60,328 nt of DNA, from the IMG/VR virus record IMGVR_UViG_3300022555_000019. One strand, given 5' to 3'. Below the pieces are notes generated by a model. It worked only from the letters and a program-made list of their open reading frames with translations, made no database searches and was not told the origin of the DNA. A program made the translations under genes and the position numbers. This DNA is from an uncultured virus (IMG/VR IMGVR_UViG_3300022555_000019). Lineage: Duplodnaviria; Heunggongvirae; Uroviricota; Caudoviricetes. Shown here piece after piece: positions 20,432 to 30,732 of the stretch (position 1 is its first letter; each line of letters begins with the position of its first letter).

Positions 20432-20463
20432 AAAAAAAGGCGAAGATTTCTTCGCCTTTTTTT
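20432..20463. terminator. Bidirectional intrinsic terminator
   Basis: AAAAAAGGCGAAG-ATTT-CTTCGCCTTTTTT. Confidence 0.88.
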
Positions 20464-20825
20464 TATTTCTTACGCCCAAGCGTTTTTAATGTATCTAAAA
20501 TGTGTTTATTAATAGATTTTGTTATTTCTTCAACCAGTGCTGTTTCCATAAGACATTCTTCAGTAATTAATATGCACTTTTTAAGAATTTTCTTCCATAA
20601 AATACCGTCTGGGGTTTCATTTAGAACTTCTAATTTTATTTCCCTAAGTTTTTGCTTACCAAAAATAAACCCAAATTTTAAATAGCCATCTATGTATTGA
20701 ATTGATTTGGCATATTTTTTTATCAATAGTAACTCAGCGACATTTTTTCGAGTCGTAGTATAATAATATACAATATTTGGCCCCATCCCATTAAGTTTAA
20801 TTTTTTTAGCCAATATTTTTTTCAT
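20463..20825 (-). CDS. Hypothetical protein (RxxKL motif; capsid-like C-terminal helix)
   Basis: REIKLEVL; ETALVEEITKSINKHILDTL. Confidence 0.65.
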   Translation of the reverse strand: MKKILAKKIKLNGMGPNIVYYYTTTRKNVAELLLIKKYAKSIQYIDGYLKFGFIFGKQKLREIKLEVLNETPDGILWKKILKKCILITEECLMETALVEEITKSINKHILDTLKTLGRKK

Positions 20826-21240
20826 AATTCACATACGAAATAATATTTTCTGCAATATATTCTGTATAATCCATCGTTTTACTCAAATTTTCGTTAATGT
20901 ATTCAGCGTATGAAATAGAATTATCTAAATGCGACCCAATATATTCACTATATGATATATCTTCTGATGATAATTTTTCTGAATTAGTAAAAATCTTATT
21001 TATTATATGCTTATCATAATCTGAAAAATGGAAGCTATCTAATTTTAATTTTCTAACTCCTTTAGTTGTTAAAATATAATGAACACCATCTTTTGGCTCA
21101 ATTTTATATCCAAAATAAAGTCCATCATTTGATGGGTGCCCATAAACATCAAAATATTCTTCAATTATTTCCGCTTCACGCTCTTTATCCTTTGTGTAGA
21201 TATATTCATATCTTGAATTTCTTTTGTTTTCTTCTGTCAT
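20806..21240 (-). CDS. Hypothetical protein (RxxKL motif; YxEYI repeats)
   Basis: RKLKLDSF; three 14-residue YxEYI repeats. Confidence 0.65.
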   Translation of the reverse strand: MTEENKRNSRYEYIYTKDKEREAEIIEEYFDVYGHPSNDGLYFGYKIEPKDGVHYILTTKGVRKLKLDSFHFSDYDKHIINKIFTNSEKLSSEDISYSEYIGSHLDNSISYAEYINENLSKTMDYTEYIAENIISYVNYEKNIG

Positions 21241-21255
21241 TTCTATAAATTATTT

Positions 21256-21705
21256 TTATTGAACTCCAGTCGAGTTAAAACCGCCACCCCCACGTACAGT
21301 TTCACTTAAGGTGCCTACCACTTCCCATTCAATTCTTTCAAACTTATTTATGATCATTTGAGCAATTCTATCACCATGGCTAATTTTAAACGGTTCGTTA
21401 GACAAATTTATCAGCAAAACACAACATTCACCACGATAATCTGGGTCCAAAGTCCCTGGAGAGTTAATGATAGTAATACCATTCTTAATTGCCAGACCAC
21501 TTCTTGGTCGAATTTGAGCTTCATATCCATCTGGTAATTCAATAAATATTCCAGTTGGGATCATTTTTCTTTCCATAGGGAGCAATATTATTCCATTACT
21601 TGAATATTCGAGTGGAATATTGGCTCTTAAATCCATTCCAGCAGACATTATTGTCTCATACTTTGGCAATTCTAAATTCGATTTGTTTACAATTTTTATT
21701 TTCAT
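21256..21705 (-). CDS. dut: Trimeric dUTPase
   Basis: [38 protein letters not shown]. Confidence 0.96.
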   Translation of the reverse strand: MKIKIVNKSNLELPKYETIMSAGMDLRANIPLEYSSNGIILLPMERKMIPTGIFIELPDGYEAQIRPRSGLAIKNGITIINSPGTLDPDYRGECCVLLINLSNEPFKISHGDRIAQMIINKFERIEWEVVGTLSETVRGGGGFNSTGVQ

Positions 21706-22211
21706 ATGTTTTTCTTTTTTTCTTTTTTTCCATTTTTTATTTCAGCGATTATTCTTTTAAAATTTTCCATATTTTTACCAGTCAACGGTGGTAAAATAAA
21801 TGGCTGATCAGATTCATCAAATGCCGTTAATAACGACACAACACTTTCTAATGAATCCAAAATGCCTTGAGCTTCAGCTTTAAATTCTTCCATTTTCTGA
21901 GCTTCTCTGTATAATTCATCGGGGTCTGTAATATTTCTAATCTTAGTTATCACCCGCTCAACATTAGTATCAATATTTGGATGCTCAGCGTATCTCTTTC
22001 CTTCTATTATAATTTTTATTTTACTGGGGCTGTAATCATAGTAATTTTTATCCAGCAATTCATAAAGAATAGCGGTTTTATCATACTCACCATTTTTTAA
22101 ATATACATCCAGTGAGAATTTTAGATCAGTCTTACAAAGCTTAGTACTTTGAAGCAAGGTAAACATCAAATTTGCCATAACTAATTCTGGGTCATCAATT
22201 TTTTCTTTCAT
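21702..22211 (-). CDS. Hypothetical protein
   Basis: ORF. Confidence 0.7.
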   Translation of the reverse strand: MKEKIDDPELVMANLMFTLLQSTKLCKTDLKFSLDVYLKNGEYDKTAILYELLDKNYYDYSPSKIKIIIEGKRYAEHPNIDTNVERVITKIRNITDPDELYREAQKMEEFKAEAQGILDSLESVVSLLTAFDESDQPFILPPLTGKNMENFKRIIAEIKNGKKEKKKNI

Positions 22212-22218
22212 AGTTTAT

Positions 22219-22824
22219 TTATATTACATCATATCTTGTTATCGTTTCAAATCCATGGGGGGTTAATCCGATACTTTGAATAATACACTTATCAATATAC
22301 AAAACCGCCCCCGTCTTAAGCTTACTGTTAATATCACTTACAATCATACCTTGTAGCATTTTTTCAATTCTATCGATAGGTGATGTACCAGTAACAATAA
22401 AATTAGCAAAATTTGATGGTGTCATTTTTTCCAACTTAGCCCGTCTCTCCAGCTTGATATCATCATACTCTTTAGTAATAGATAATGTTATCTTATTTTT
22501 TGGTACACCATCAACCAAAACCAATCTACTGTTATTTAATCCATAAAAATATACAGCTCGATCACTAATATTTAATTGTGATAAAATGCTCATATTAATA
22601 GGTAATAAATTAAAATTACCTAAATGCCCAGTAGGTGATACTGGAATGCTTGATGGTATGAAATGATGGGGGGCAAATGGTTGTGTTTGCGAATCATTAA
22701 ATGAATACCATTCAGCAAAAATAGACATCATCTCCGTTTTATATGGGTCATTATTTACACCAAGGCTTTCGCAAATTGGAGCCCATTTTTTTATTGCTTT
22801 GTTTTTATCGATTACTATATCCAT
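22219..22824 (-). CDS. Hypothetical protein with capsid-precursor-like N-terminus and RxxKL motif
   Basis: KKWAPICESLG; RRAKLEKM. Confidence 0.6.
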   Translation of the reverse strand: MDIVIDKNKAIKKWAPICESLGVNNDPYKTEMMSIFAEWYSFNDSQTQPFAPHHFIPSSIPVSPTGHLGNFNLLPINMSILSQLNISDRAVYFYGLNNSRLVLVDGVPKNKITLSITKEYDDIKLERRAKLEKMTPSNFANFIVTGTSPIDRIEKMLQGMIVSDINSKLKTGAVLYIDKCIIQSIGLTPHGFETITRYDVI

Positions 22825-22859
22825 GTGTATTATAAAAAGATATTTAAAAAAAGTTGTAT

Positions 22860-23726
22860 CTAAATTCTATTTAAAAACTCATTATAGTCCATATCAATGA
22901 TAAACATGAAATTGTACCCAAGTTCTAATACCGTGTATCTTTTTATTTCATTAACATCTAAATATCTATTATATGTCCATAAACTTTTTATTTCTACAAT
23001 TAAATTTTCTTTTGGAAAATAAAAATCTGAAAAATAATAATGATATCTACCATCATAAAAATATTTGAATCGTTTTCCTTGCTCTATAATTATATTATTG
23101 GTAACGCAAAAATCTAAAAAATCCTTTTCATAAGTTCCCCTATACGATAATCCAGTTTCTTTATGATATTTAAGTCTAAACCCACTTTTTTGCTGTTTTA
23201 TATGAATAGATGGAACTTGAGACACATTTTCAACTCCATATTTTTTCAAATTTGATTTAATTAAATTATCCTTGAAATATTCAGATTGAAATATATTTTC
23301 AACTCCATATTTATCCATCAATGTTTGCTTAGACTTATTTTTTATATTTTCATTCTGAAAAGCATTCTCAACACCTAATCGCTCTACCATAGTCTTGAGT
23401 CTTTTATTTTTTTTCTCTGGGCAATTAGAAGCATTTAAATACCCGAAATTTTTAATTGATGTTTTCTCAACTTTTTCGTGCGCACATTTTGAAGAACAAG
23501 CATAAAAATCACAATTCTTAATATTTTTATTATATTTTCCATACGAAACAATTTTTATTTTTCCACAAACATCACACTTAACGTTTATTCTTCTTCCGCT
23601 ACCTTTTAATAAGTAATTTATTGGTACATGTAAAATATCACCAACTTTTGTAGTAATATTCATTTCAATCAATCTTTTAACATCCATTGAATTGACAACA
23701 ATTTCTATATAATTATCTAATATCAA
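22860..23726 (-). CDS. Putative homing endonuclease (KYGVEN repeats plus PD-(D/E)xK domain)
   Basis: CDVC/CSSKC, repeated KYGVENxxQ, DFYFPKENLIVEIKS. Confidence 0.75.
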   Translation of the reverse strand: MILDNYIEIVVNSMDVKRLIEMNITTKVGDILHVPINYLLKGSGRRINVKCDVCGKIKIVSYGKYNKNIKNCDFYACSSKCAHEKVEKTSIKNFGYLNASNCPEKKNKRLKTMVERLGVENAFQNENIKNKSKQTLMDKYGVENIFQSEYFKDNLIKSNLKKYGVENVSQVPSIHIKQQKSGFRLKYHKETGLSYRGTYEKDFLDFCVTNNIIIEQGKRFKYFYDGRYHYYFSDFYFPKENLIVEIKSLWTYNRYLDVNEIKRYTVLELGYNFMFIIDMDYNEFLNRI

Positions 23727-23869
23727 TTTTTTACTTTTATTTTTTCAATTATATAATATTTAATAGCATTCTCAATGAATAATGATTTGTTGAGTGAGTT
23801 AGATTTTGCCAATTTATTAAATTTATCATAAATATTTCTATCTATTGTAAAAGTCTTTTGAATTTTCAT
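23723..23869 (-). CDS. Ribbon-helix-helix small protein coupled to the endonuclease
   Basis: Manual translation MKIQKTFTIDRNIYDKFNKLAKSNSLNKSLFIENAIKYYIIEKIKVKN; stop overlaps the endonuclease TTG start. Confidence 0.65.
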   Translation of the reverse strand: MKIQKTFTIDRNIYDKFNKLAKSNSLNKSLFIENAIKYYIIEKIKVKN

Positions 23870-23955
23870 ATTGTTTTATATTTATATATAAATATTTTTA
23901 ATTCATTTTTAAACATTCCCGCAAAATAATAATATAAAAAGAAAAATCTCCACCT

Positions 23956-24972
23956 ATGGGTGTAAAAATTTTCTCAACATCTAAATCCAAATATTTAGCA
24001 AAAAAAATATCTGATGCTTATGGCAAACCGTTAGATAACTCCCAATTGACTATATTTTCAGATGGCGAATTTTGTCCTGTTCTTGAGGATAATGTTCGTG
24101 GTGAAACTGTTTTTATTATTTCATCTCTTTATTCATCATATAATGAATCGGATAAAATATTAGCTTTAATACCTGAGGATAAGCATAAGGATGCCAGAGA
24201 AATACTGAAATATCTAATATCATCATCGGATAGTGTTTTTGAACTTTTACAAATGATAGATGCTGCAAAAAGAGCATCAGCTAAGGATATTGTTGCAGTA
24301 ATACCTTACTATGGTTGGGCAAGACAGGATAGAAAAGATCGCCCAAGGGTACCAATTACAGCTAAATTGTTAGCAAACATCATTCAAACCGCTGGAGCTA
24401 CCAGAGTAATCACTATGGATTTGCATTCAGATCAGATTCAAGGATTCTTTGATATCCCATTAGACGCTCTCAGATCATCTTTTGTATTTATACCGTACAT
24501 AGAGTCACTTAAGCTAAAGAACTTAATTGTTGGGGCCCCTGACGAGGGTGGCGGTAAAAGAACTAAGCCTTATGCGGATTATTTTAAAACCAGAATGATT
24601 TTTATGCATAAGGAGCGAGGGGGGGCTAATATAATTGATAAAATGGAATTGATTGGTGATGTAAATGGGTGTGATGTCATTTTCATTGATGATATTGCCG
24701 ACACTGCTGGGACAATAGTTACCGCTGCTGATATTTTGATAACTAAAAAAGGAGCAAAAAGTGTAAGAGCTTGTATTGCACATCCAGTATTATCTGGGAC
24801 AGCTTACGAAAAAATTGAAAAATCTAATTTAACAGAATTAATTGTTACGGACTCAATACCATTAACACATCATTTAGATAAAATAAAAGTTTTAAGTGTT
24901 GCCGATTTATTTGCAAAGGCTATTAATAAAATGTATAACAATGAATCAATATCAAATTTATTCAAAAAATAA
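23956..24972 (+). CDS. prs: Ribose-phosphate pyrophosphokinase
   Basis: FSDGE, PYYGWARQDRK, MDLHSDQIQGFF, IDDIADTAGT. Confidence 0.95.
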   Translation: MGVKIFSTSKSKYLAKKISDAYGKPLDNSQLTIFSDGEFCPVLEDNVRGETVFIISSLYSSYNESDKILALIPEDKHKDAREILKYLISSSDSVFELLQMIDAAKRASAKDIVAVIPYYGWARQDRKDRPRVPITAKLLANIIQTAGATRVITMDLHSDQIQGFFDIPLDALRSSFVFIPYIESLKLKNLIVGAPDEGGGKRTKPYADYFKTRMIFMHKERGGANIIDKMELIGDVNGCDVIFIDDIADTAGTIVTAADILITKKGAKSVRACIAHPVLSGTAYEKIEKSNLTELIVTDSIPLTHHLDKIKVLSVADLFAKAINKMYNNESISNLFKK

Positions 24973-25179
24973 TATATGAATATGACTACGAATTATGATG
25001 ATATCAATGAAGATGACAGGATGCTGATTAACGATTTAATACCTCAAAATCTATATGATAGAGAAAAATTGATATTGCTAATTACAGCTAATAAAAAATA
25101 CAATCTTGATCAATTAAAAGATAAATTGGGAATTAATAATGATGAAATTTAATATATACTACAAAATCATCATTTATTT

Positions 25180-25734
25180 TTGCATACAAAATTTGAAACA
25201 TATACATTCGGGGATTTATCAAAATTTGATAAAGGTGACTTAGATAATGATCTTGATTATTATAGGGGGGAATATGAATTTTCAACAGGTGTCACCGAAG
25301 AATTTACAAATATCGTAAAAATGGCTGTTGAGTATTTTAAAAATCATGTTCCAATATTCGATAAAATACATATTCAATTAGCTGAAGAACTACCAGATAA
25401 TTGTTTAGGGATGTATATTCATGAAAGTGTTTTGAGAATTCCAGTAGTATTATTATCATTGAAAGCTATTAATGAAAGTGCCGAAGAAGGTTATTCACTT
25501 GGAATGGTAATCAGGACAACCATCTTTCATGAACTTGGGCATGCAATCGTTGACCTTGACAATCAAATGGAATTCAAAGAAGGTGAAAGCATCCTTAATT
25601 TTGAAGATGGCGAAGAAGAAGATTATGTAGAAGAATTTGCCCATGATCTACAGGAATTCGGTTCTGTCCCAGAAGATATACTTGAATTAATTAAATTATA
25701 TAAGGAACAACCAGATGCCAATGTTAAACAGTAG
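25180..25734 (+). CDS. Putative zincin metallopeptidase
   Basis: HELGH followed by EE..VEEFA; start uncertain. Confidence 0.65.
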   Translation: MHTKFETYTFGDLSKFDKGDLDNDLDYYRGEYEFSTGVTEEFTNIVKMAVEYFKNHVPIFDKIHIQLAEELPDNCLGMYIHESVLRIPVVLLSLKAINESAEEGYSLGMVIRTTIFHELGHAIVDLDNQMEFKEGESILNFEDGEEEDYVEEFAHDLQEFGSVPEDILELIKLYKEQPDANVKQ

Positions 25735-25784
25735 TAACGGTAGAATTTACGATAAAGATTTACTTCAAAAAGCCATCAGCGAAT

Positions 25785-26102
25785 TTGGGGCTGAATTATC
25801 TAAAAAATGGAATAGAGATGTTCGTAAAGCCAAACTTTTACGACTTGATAAGTGCGAAAAAGAATCAGAAAATAGTGAAAAAGAAAGCCCCTAAGATTTA
25901 TAGTAAAACGGTTAGTGTTGGAACAAGAAGTATAAATGCTACAGTAACACAAGAACAGATCAAAGATATATATGCAATGTCGATGAAAATGGATGAATGG
26001 AAAGATTGGGAATTGTTGGAACGGGAGCTTGATCGCAAATTACGAAGAGAAGAACGACTTAAAAAGATTGATAAATTAAATAAATTGAGTGATGAATCAT
26101 AA
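25785..26102 (+). CDS. Hypothetical protein (capsid-like segment; RxxKIxxL tail)
   Basis: KTVSVGTRSINATVTQEQIKDI; RLKKIDKL. Confidence 0.6.
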   Translation: MGLNYLKNGIEMFVKPNFYDLISAKKNQKIVKKKAPKIYSKTVSVGTRSINATVTQEQIKDIYAMSMKMDEWKDWELLERELDRKLRREERLKKIDKLNKLSDES

Positions 26103-26129
26103 AAAAAGCCCCAAATCGGGGCTTTTTTT
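26102..26129. terminator. Bidirectional intrinsic terminator
   Basis: AAAAAAGCCCC-AAATC-GGGGCTTTTTT. Confidence 0.85.
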
Positions 26130-26147
26130 ATGTCATGAATGAAACAA

Positions 26148-27644
26148 TTACGGATCAATCTTGATGAACATGGTCTGAATTGCCGCTGTGGGGGCATTTG
26201 CTGGAGTTCCGTGGGGGATAAATATAATACACGCCCAGCCACCTGTCGGTACATGGTAATTGACACCATACTGATCACACGCATTTCTCATAGTGGTAGA
26301 TAATCCCGATGGGGTTGGAATAGGTGAAACATTGTCATAACTCCAAATAACATCTTCAATATTATTCATAGTTGCGGTTGGGAACCAATCAAGATGATTA
26401 AATAGCCAATTAATCTTTGCCCACTTCCCACTGGCTGACTGTGCAAATAATGGAAGTTTTTCAGGATACAATGAGCTATAAACATCCATATTATATGATA
26501 CTCCATAGTTGATTGTAACATTGTGATCACCACAATAACTGGCGAATGTTCCATTCGAGATATCAAACCCAGTTGAAATGTTACCAAGAGTAGCATTAAC
26601 ATATCCGCCTAATGTTGCTGGTGACATATAATATGTCACAGATGGCACCTGATTAGATAATGGTAAATTCATCCATGGGGCATAAATATAATCTGGCGGA
26701 GTTGATGGATCATAACAATTTCCAAGTACAAAATCAATTACACCATCACTTCCAGTAGTTATATTACTGATATCTGTAAAAGTATAGCTGTTAAATTGCA
26801 CATAATCAAATGTAGTTCCCTGACGAACAAGAATGAAAAATTTCACTTCAAAATAATCGGTGCTCTGTTTGTAGTCACCATAGGTAACAGAAACCTTATC
26901 ACCATAATTATGTGCGGCATCATTATTGGTAAATGTGTTTTGCAAGGTCTTGTTGGTTGGTGTTGTACCTCTCCAAACTTCAACCTTTATAATTGCTGGA
27001 ACATCACCGTAACCAACACCACTCCAACCTGACCGCAACGCATAAGATGAACCAGCATAAAGCGACTTATCTTTAACACAGAAGTCACCAAAAAACCACA
27101 TTTGCCTAACGGTCAATTCATTTAATTGAAAATACACAAATCCGAATTTTGTATAGTATTGCGGCTGGAAACAAACAACATCCAACTTAACTTCCAATTT
27201 TTTATCAGTTTCAACAACAAATGATTGATTTAATGGGGTTGTTACATAGCCAGCAAATCCACTACCAGCGTGAGGAACAGCAGATAATAATACATCATCT
27301 GTTGAATCGTTTGGAGTGTTGTTGTCAGAGTACACCATAAATTCATTAATAGTGTGCGGCCCGATTGGTAACTTTATTGAATTTGTCCAAGGAATTCCAC
27401 CAACGTAAAAAACCGAAATGGCTTTGAAATTACCATTATCAAGCTTATATTTCACATAGTCGGATGATAAAGTTGTACAGATAATAGTATCGGTTGCAGT
27501 AGATTTCAAGCCACTTTGAGTGACAGAATTTACATTAAACGATACATCGGCAGTTCCCGTAATAGGATCAGTAGAATCTTTTGTGCAATTTGTAGTGGCA
27601 AATGCCACAATGATAATTGCTAACATAGCAATAAACTTCCTCAT
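26148..27644 (-). CDS. Bacteroidota-type lipoprotein
   Basis: Signal peptide ending in Cys (FATTNC-TKD), beta-rich body, TAnnTTTG promoter. Confidence 0.75.
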   Translation of the reverse strand: MRKFIAMLAIIIVAFATTNCTKDSTDPITGTADVSFNVNSVTQSGLKSTATDTIICTTLSSDYVKYKLDNGNFKAISVFYVGGIPWTNSIKLPIGPHTINEFMVYSDNNTPNDSTDDVLLSAVPHAGSGFAGYVTTPLNQSFVVETDKKLEVKLDVVCFQPQYYTKFGFVYFQLNELTVRQMWFFGDFCVKDKSLYAGSSYALRSGWSGVGYGDVPAIIKVEVWRGTTPTNKTLQNTFTNNDAAHNYGDKVSVTYGDYKQSTDYFEVKFFILVRQGTTFDYVQFNSYTFTDISNITTGSDGVIDFVLGNCYDPSTPPDYIYAPWMNLPLSNQVPSVTYYMSPATLGGYVNATLGNISTGFDISNGTFASYCGDHNVTINYGVSYNMDVYSSLYPEKLPLFAQSASGKWAKINWLFNHLDWFPTATMNNIEDVIWSYDNVSPIPTPSGLSTTMRNACDQYGVNYHVPTGGWACIIFIPHGTPANAPTAAIQTMFIKIDP

Positions 27645-27725
27645 AATTGTTTGGGATTTGGGTTAATGATTGTACGTTATGTACGTGAATTCATGCAAAT
27701 ATAAATAAAAAATTACAAATTTCAA

Positions 27726-28238
27726 TTAAAAATTCAATGTAAACAGTGTCTTTAAGAAGGAAATGAATTTTACAGGAAAAAATACTGGAGTATTTTTTGT
27801 ATAATCATCATATTCTGCAAAATTTTTCTTCAGCCTATATTCTTCTTCACTCATTGCAATAAATGTCAATAATGTGTAAAGAATTACAAAGCACAACAAA
27901 TAAAAACCATGGAAAGCATATAAAATACCAAGATATAATACCCAAAAACCAAAATAAAATGGATGTCTGGTATATTTAAATAGCCCGTCAGTTACTATTT
28001 TATTTCCTTTTGAGCCATCAAGCATAGTTTTGAACTCCTTTCTGGTAAAGAAAACATATCCCATTTTTATCATGATTAAAGCACCAAACCCAATGATAAT
28101 CATTGAAATGATTGAACCGTTCCATTGACTACTATCAGCATAAATACAAATTGGGAAAACTAAAAAACTTAGTAATCTTAACATTGTCCAAGCACCTTCA
28201 GGTGTCTTTATCCAATTTAAAAAAGGTATATTTTTCAT
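27726..28238 (-). CDS. Isoprenylcysteine carboxyl methyltransferase/PEMT-family membrane protein
   Basis: GLFKYTRHPFYFG, EEYRL...Y..Y...TP. Confidence 0.85.
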   Translation of the reverse strand: MKNIPFLNWIKTPEGAWTMLRLLSFLVFPICIYADSSQWNGSIISMIIIGFGALIMIKMGYVFFTRKEFKTMLDGSKGNKIVTDGLFKYTRHPFYFGFWVLYLGILYAFHGFYLLCFVILYTLLTFIAMSEEEYRLKKNFAEYDDYTKNTPVFFPVKFISFLKTLFTLNF

Positions 28239-28564
28239 ATTTTTACAATTGATGATTTTAATGAATACTGTGTCTGAAATTTTAGAATTAATACATTACC
28301 CATAAAATCCTTCAGGTAATGAATATGGTGATGAGTGGATTCTTTAATTTTCTTCGGAATTTCACGCTCGAATTCCCCCATTTGAATATCATTTCGACTA
28401 TTTAAATGAATAAGAACTAATAACACCTGACCAGTTTCATCCAATTCCGCCACACAATTCACTTTGTATGGGCCATTAATGTATGGTTTTAAAGCCGAAG
28501 TATTAAAAAAACTACGAATTTTACCATTTACATTTTCAATGATGAGAGGATTCACTGCTTTCAT
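28235..28564 (-). CDS. Hypothetical protein
   Basis: ORF with TAnnTTTG upstream. Confidence 0.65.
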   Translation of the reverse strand: MKAVNPLIIENVNGKIRSFFNTSALKPYINGPYKVNCVAELDETGQVLLVLIHLNSRNDIQMGEFEREIPKKIKESTHHHIHYLKDFMGNVLILKFQTQYSLKSSIVKI

Positions 28565-28665
28565 ATCGATAGTGTTTTTAAATTAATGACAAAAATACAA
28601 AAAGTTTTGATAAAAAAAAAAACGGGGATTTCGTTTCCAAAACCCCCGCCTTTGAACAACCTATA

Positions 28666-29664
28666 TTAAACCGTGATGGCTTCATATCTTTTGCTCATAA
28701 CAGTCCTTAACATCAACCCTTCTGGGGAGTCAATCTTACCTTCCAATATGGACTTTAAGATCGATGGACTGAATCCAGAAACTAACCCAACACCCTTTGT
28801 TTGAAAATTTACTGGGATGTTTCCAAGTCTACCGTTTACGTTCCAGAAAATAATCTCTGGCATCTTGTACCCAGCGTCAGAATACTTTCTTCCAATCATC
28901 TTGAAAGCTGTATCGCTACGATTTGTTGCACAACTATCGAATTCCATATCGGAAATGATAAGAATCTTAGTAGGCATGTCGCTTTCAGCAACACTATTCT
29001 GAACAGCCTTACTTAAGATGAGATCATACACTGCTTCAAGGTTGGTGTTTCCACCCCATGCCGCAGTATGAAGCTGCTCCAACCTTTCATACAATGTACC
29101 TCTTAAATACTGCATTACTGGACGTGAAGAGAAGGTGATGAACGCATCCTTGAAAATGCTTCTATTCCTTTCGGAAATATAAACTCCAAGTGATACAGAT
29201 ACATCCATTGGTGACACACCAACTGAACCGCTTTCCATGCTACCAGAAACATCACAAACTGGAATAATTCTCTCAGTCGAATCTGCCATATAATCTGGTA
29301 AATTGATCCACTGTGCTTCCACAGCTCTCTTCTGTTCATTTCTCTTATAAGCCTGATATAACTGGTGTGGAAAAAGTACACCAGCCTTTATTTCTTCCTT
29401 ACCTTCATGAACCAAGGTAATATAATCGTTGAAACGACTTTCATCGTTCTTTAAAAACGCCTTCCTATACTTGTTCATAGCAACAGATGGTACATGCGGA
29501 TAAGTAATGGCTGACCAATCCTTTGCGCACATCTTCTGTTCAATGGTGTTAGACAAGCTAACAACAAGCTTACGGTATTCTTTTGGAGTCATACCTAAGT
29601 ATTTGCGAATTTTCTCAAATTCGTATCCTTTTCTACTTAACCACTTTGCTAATAAATTTTTCAT
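28666..29664 (-). CDS. DUF2828-family (Ro60/TROVE-like) vWA protein, C-terminal part
   Basis: AKW..RK, VPSVAM, DVSGSM MIDAS, WGGNTN, ISDMEFD, FWNVN, VSGFSP. Confidence 0.85.
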   Translation of the reverse strand: MKNLLAKWLSRKGYEFEKIRKYLGMTPKEYRKLVVSLSNTIEQKMCAKDWSAITYPHVPSVAMNKYRKAFLKNDESRFNDYITLVHEGKEEIKAGVLFPHQLYQAYKRNEQKRAVEAQWINLPDYMADSTERIIPVCDVSGSMESGSVGVSPMDVSVSLGVYISERNRSIFKDAFITFSSRPVMQYLRGTLYERLEQLHTAAWGGNTNLEAVYDLILSKAVQNSVAESDMPTKILIISDMEFDSCATNRSDTAFKMIGRKYSDAGYKMPEIIFWNVNGRLGNIPVNFQTKGVGLVSGFSPSILKSILEGKIDSPEGLMLRTVMSKRYEAITV

Positions 29665-29932
29665 AGGTTTTAATTTTGTTTTTTATTTCGTTTGAAAATT
29701 TTTCTGCATCAATTTCATTCTTAAAATTTTTACATTTCTGAATTCCATGTTCATCTTTATATGGAACTCTCCAAGCCTTATCACTCGTATGATAATGATA
29801 TCCTTTTGGTTTATATACTACAATTTTTAAATATTTATCATATTTTCTATTCATATAGATAGAAGAATTATCATATAAAAAATCTAATATATTTTTACAA
29901 ATTCTGTTACCACTATAAATAAGTCTCCAGTA
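29633..29932 (-). pseudogene. Remnant of a homing endonuclease (LAGLIDADG-like tail plus AP2-like domain)
   Basis: Open frame YWRLIYSGNRICKNILDFLYDNSSIYMNRKY...AWRV...KNFKNEIDA with an in-frame stop upstream. Confidence 0.6.
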
Positions 29933-29976
29933 TTTTTCATTTTTACTTTCATATTAAGCTAAAATCTACGAATTCA

Positions 29977-30411
29977 TTATTTATCACCTTCTAAAATTTC
30001 TTTTATAAGATGCAATATTTCATTATCAACATTATCATTTACATCTGCACTTAATAAAAAAGTCAAATCATCATATCTACCATATTCAGCAATATTTTTC
30101 AAGTTTTTTATCAATAATTCTGGATAATTTTTTCTCAAAAACTTTGAACAAATTCTGAAGAACCTTCTCTCACCAGCACCGCCACGTGCATCTCTTGCCC
30201 AGAACAATGTCCTGAGGGCTACAAGTGGGTTTTCAACAATTGCCTTCTGGAAAAGGACCTGAATGTCCCTGTCAGACATCTGTCTTGATGCTCCAGCTAA
30301 AAAGAACATATCGACATTCGAGTTCAAACTTGTGGTGTTTGTAACCATACCATTTGTGGTGACAGAATCTTCCTGTCTCAACACATTAACTAAAGTAGAA
30401 TTTGACTTCAT
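29977..30411 (-). CDS. DUF2828-family protein, N-terminal part
   Basis: TTNGM, VDMFF, LFWARDARGGAGERRFF, EYGRYDDL. Confidence 0.85.
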   Translation of the reverse strand: MKSNSTLVNVLRQEDSVTTNGMVTNTTSLNSNVDMFFLAGASRQMSDRDIQVLFQKAIVENPLVALRTLFWARDARGGAGERRFFRICSKFLRKNYPELLIKNLKNIAEYGRYDDLTFLLSADVNDNVDNEILHLIKEILEGDK

Positions 30412-30442
30412 ATTAACCTCCTATTTTGATTTTTATTATCTC

Positions 30443-30477
30443 CAGATTGCGTTGGAGTATTTTGCTGTAAGCAATCT
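30443..30477 (-). ncRNA. CAGCAA stem motif copy 1
   Basis: AGAUUGC-UUA-CAGCAA...GCAAUCU-G. Confidence 0.7.
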
Positions 30478-30611
30478 TAAGTTTTTGCTCTTTTGGCTTA
30501 ATGTTTAATACTTTTGTTTATAGCGAATATTAACACCCCCTATCAAAAAAAAACCCAACCAAAAAACTTATATCTGACGAAACAAGCAAAAAATGGTTGG
30601 GTTTAAAAAAT

Positions 30612-30716
30612 GAGTACGGACTAAGAGGCGGTTGAACGGTTCAGGTGATTGTTTGGTTTTTTTGACTCCATCAAACTTTCCCCCTGTTCAACTTTTTCGA
30701 GAGCTTAGCGGCACTC
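30612..30716 (-). ncRNA. Candidate long irregular hairpin RNA
   Basis: Nested helices GAGUGC/GUACUC, CUAAG/CUUAG, GUUGAAC/GUUCAAC, GUUUG/CAAAC. Confidence 0.55.
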
Positions 30717-30732
30717 TATACTTTAAACTCAA

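Noticed and set aside
23956..24972. Prs as part of an NAD reconstitution (NARP) anti-defence pathway
   Set aside because: It looks like a canonical Prs and no nicotinamide transferase partner is visible nearby.
29633..29976. Self-splicing intron or intein in DUF2828
   Set aside because: No group I/II core motifs or intein termini found; both halves have their own stop and start.
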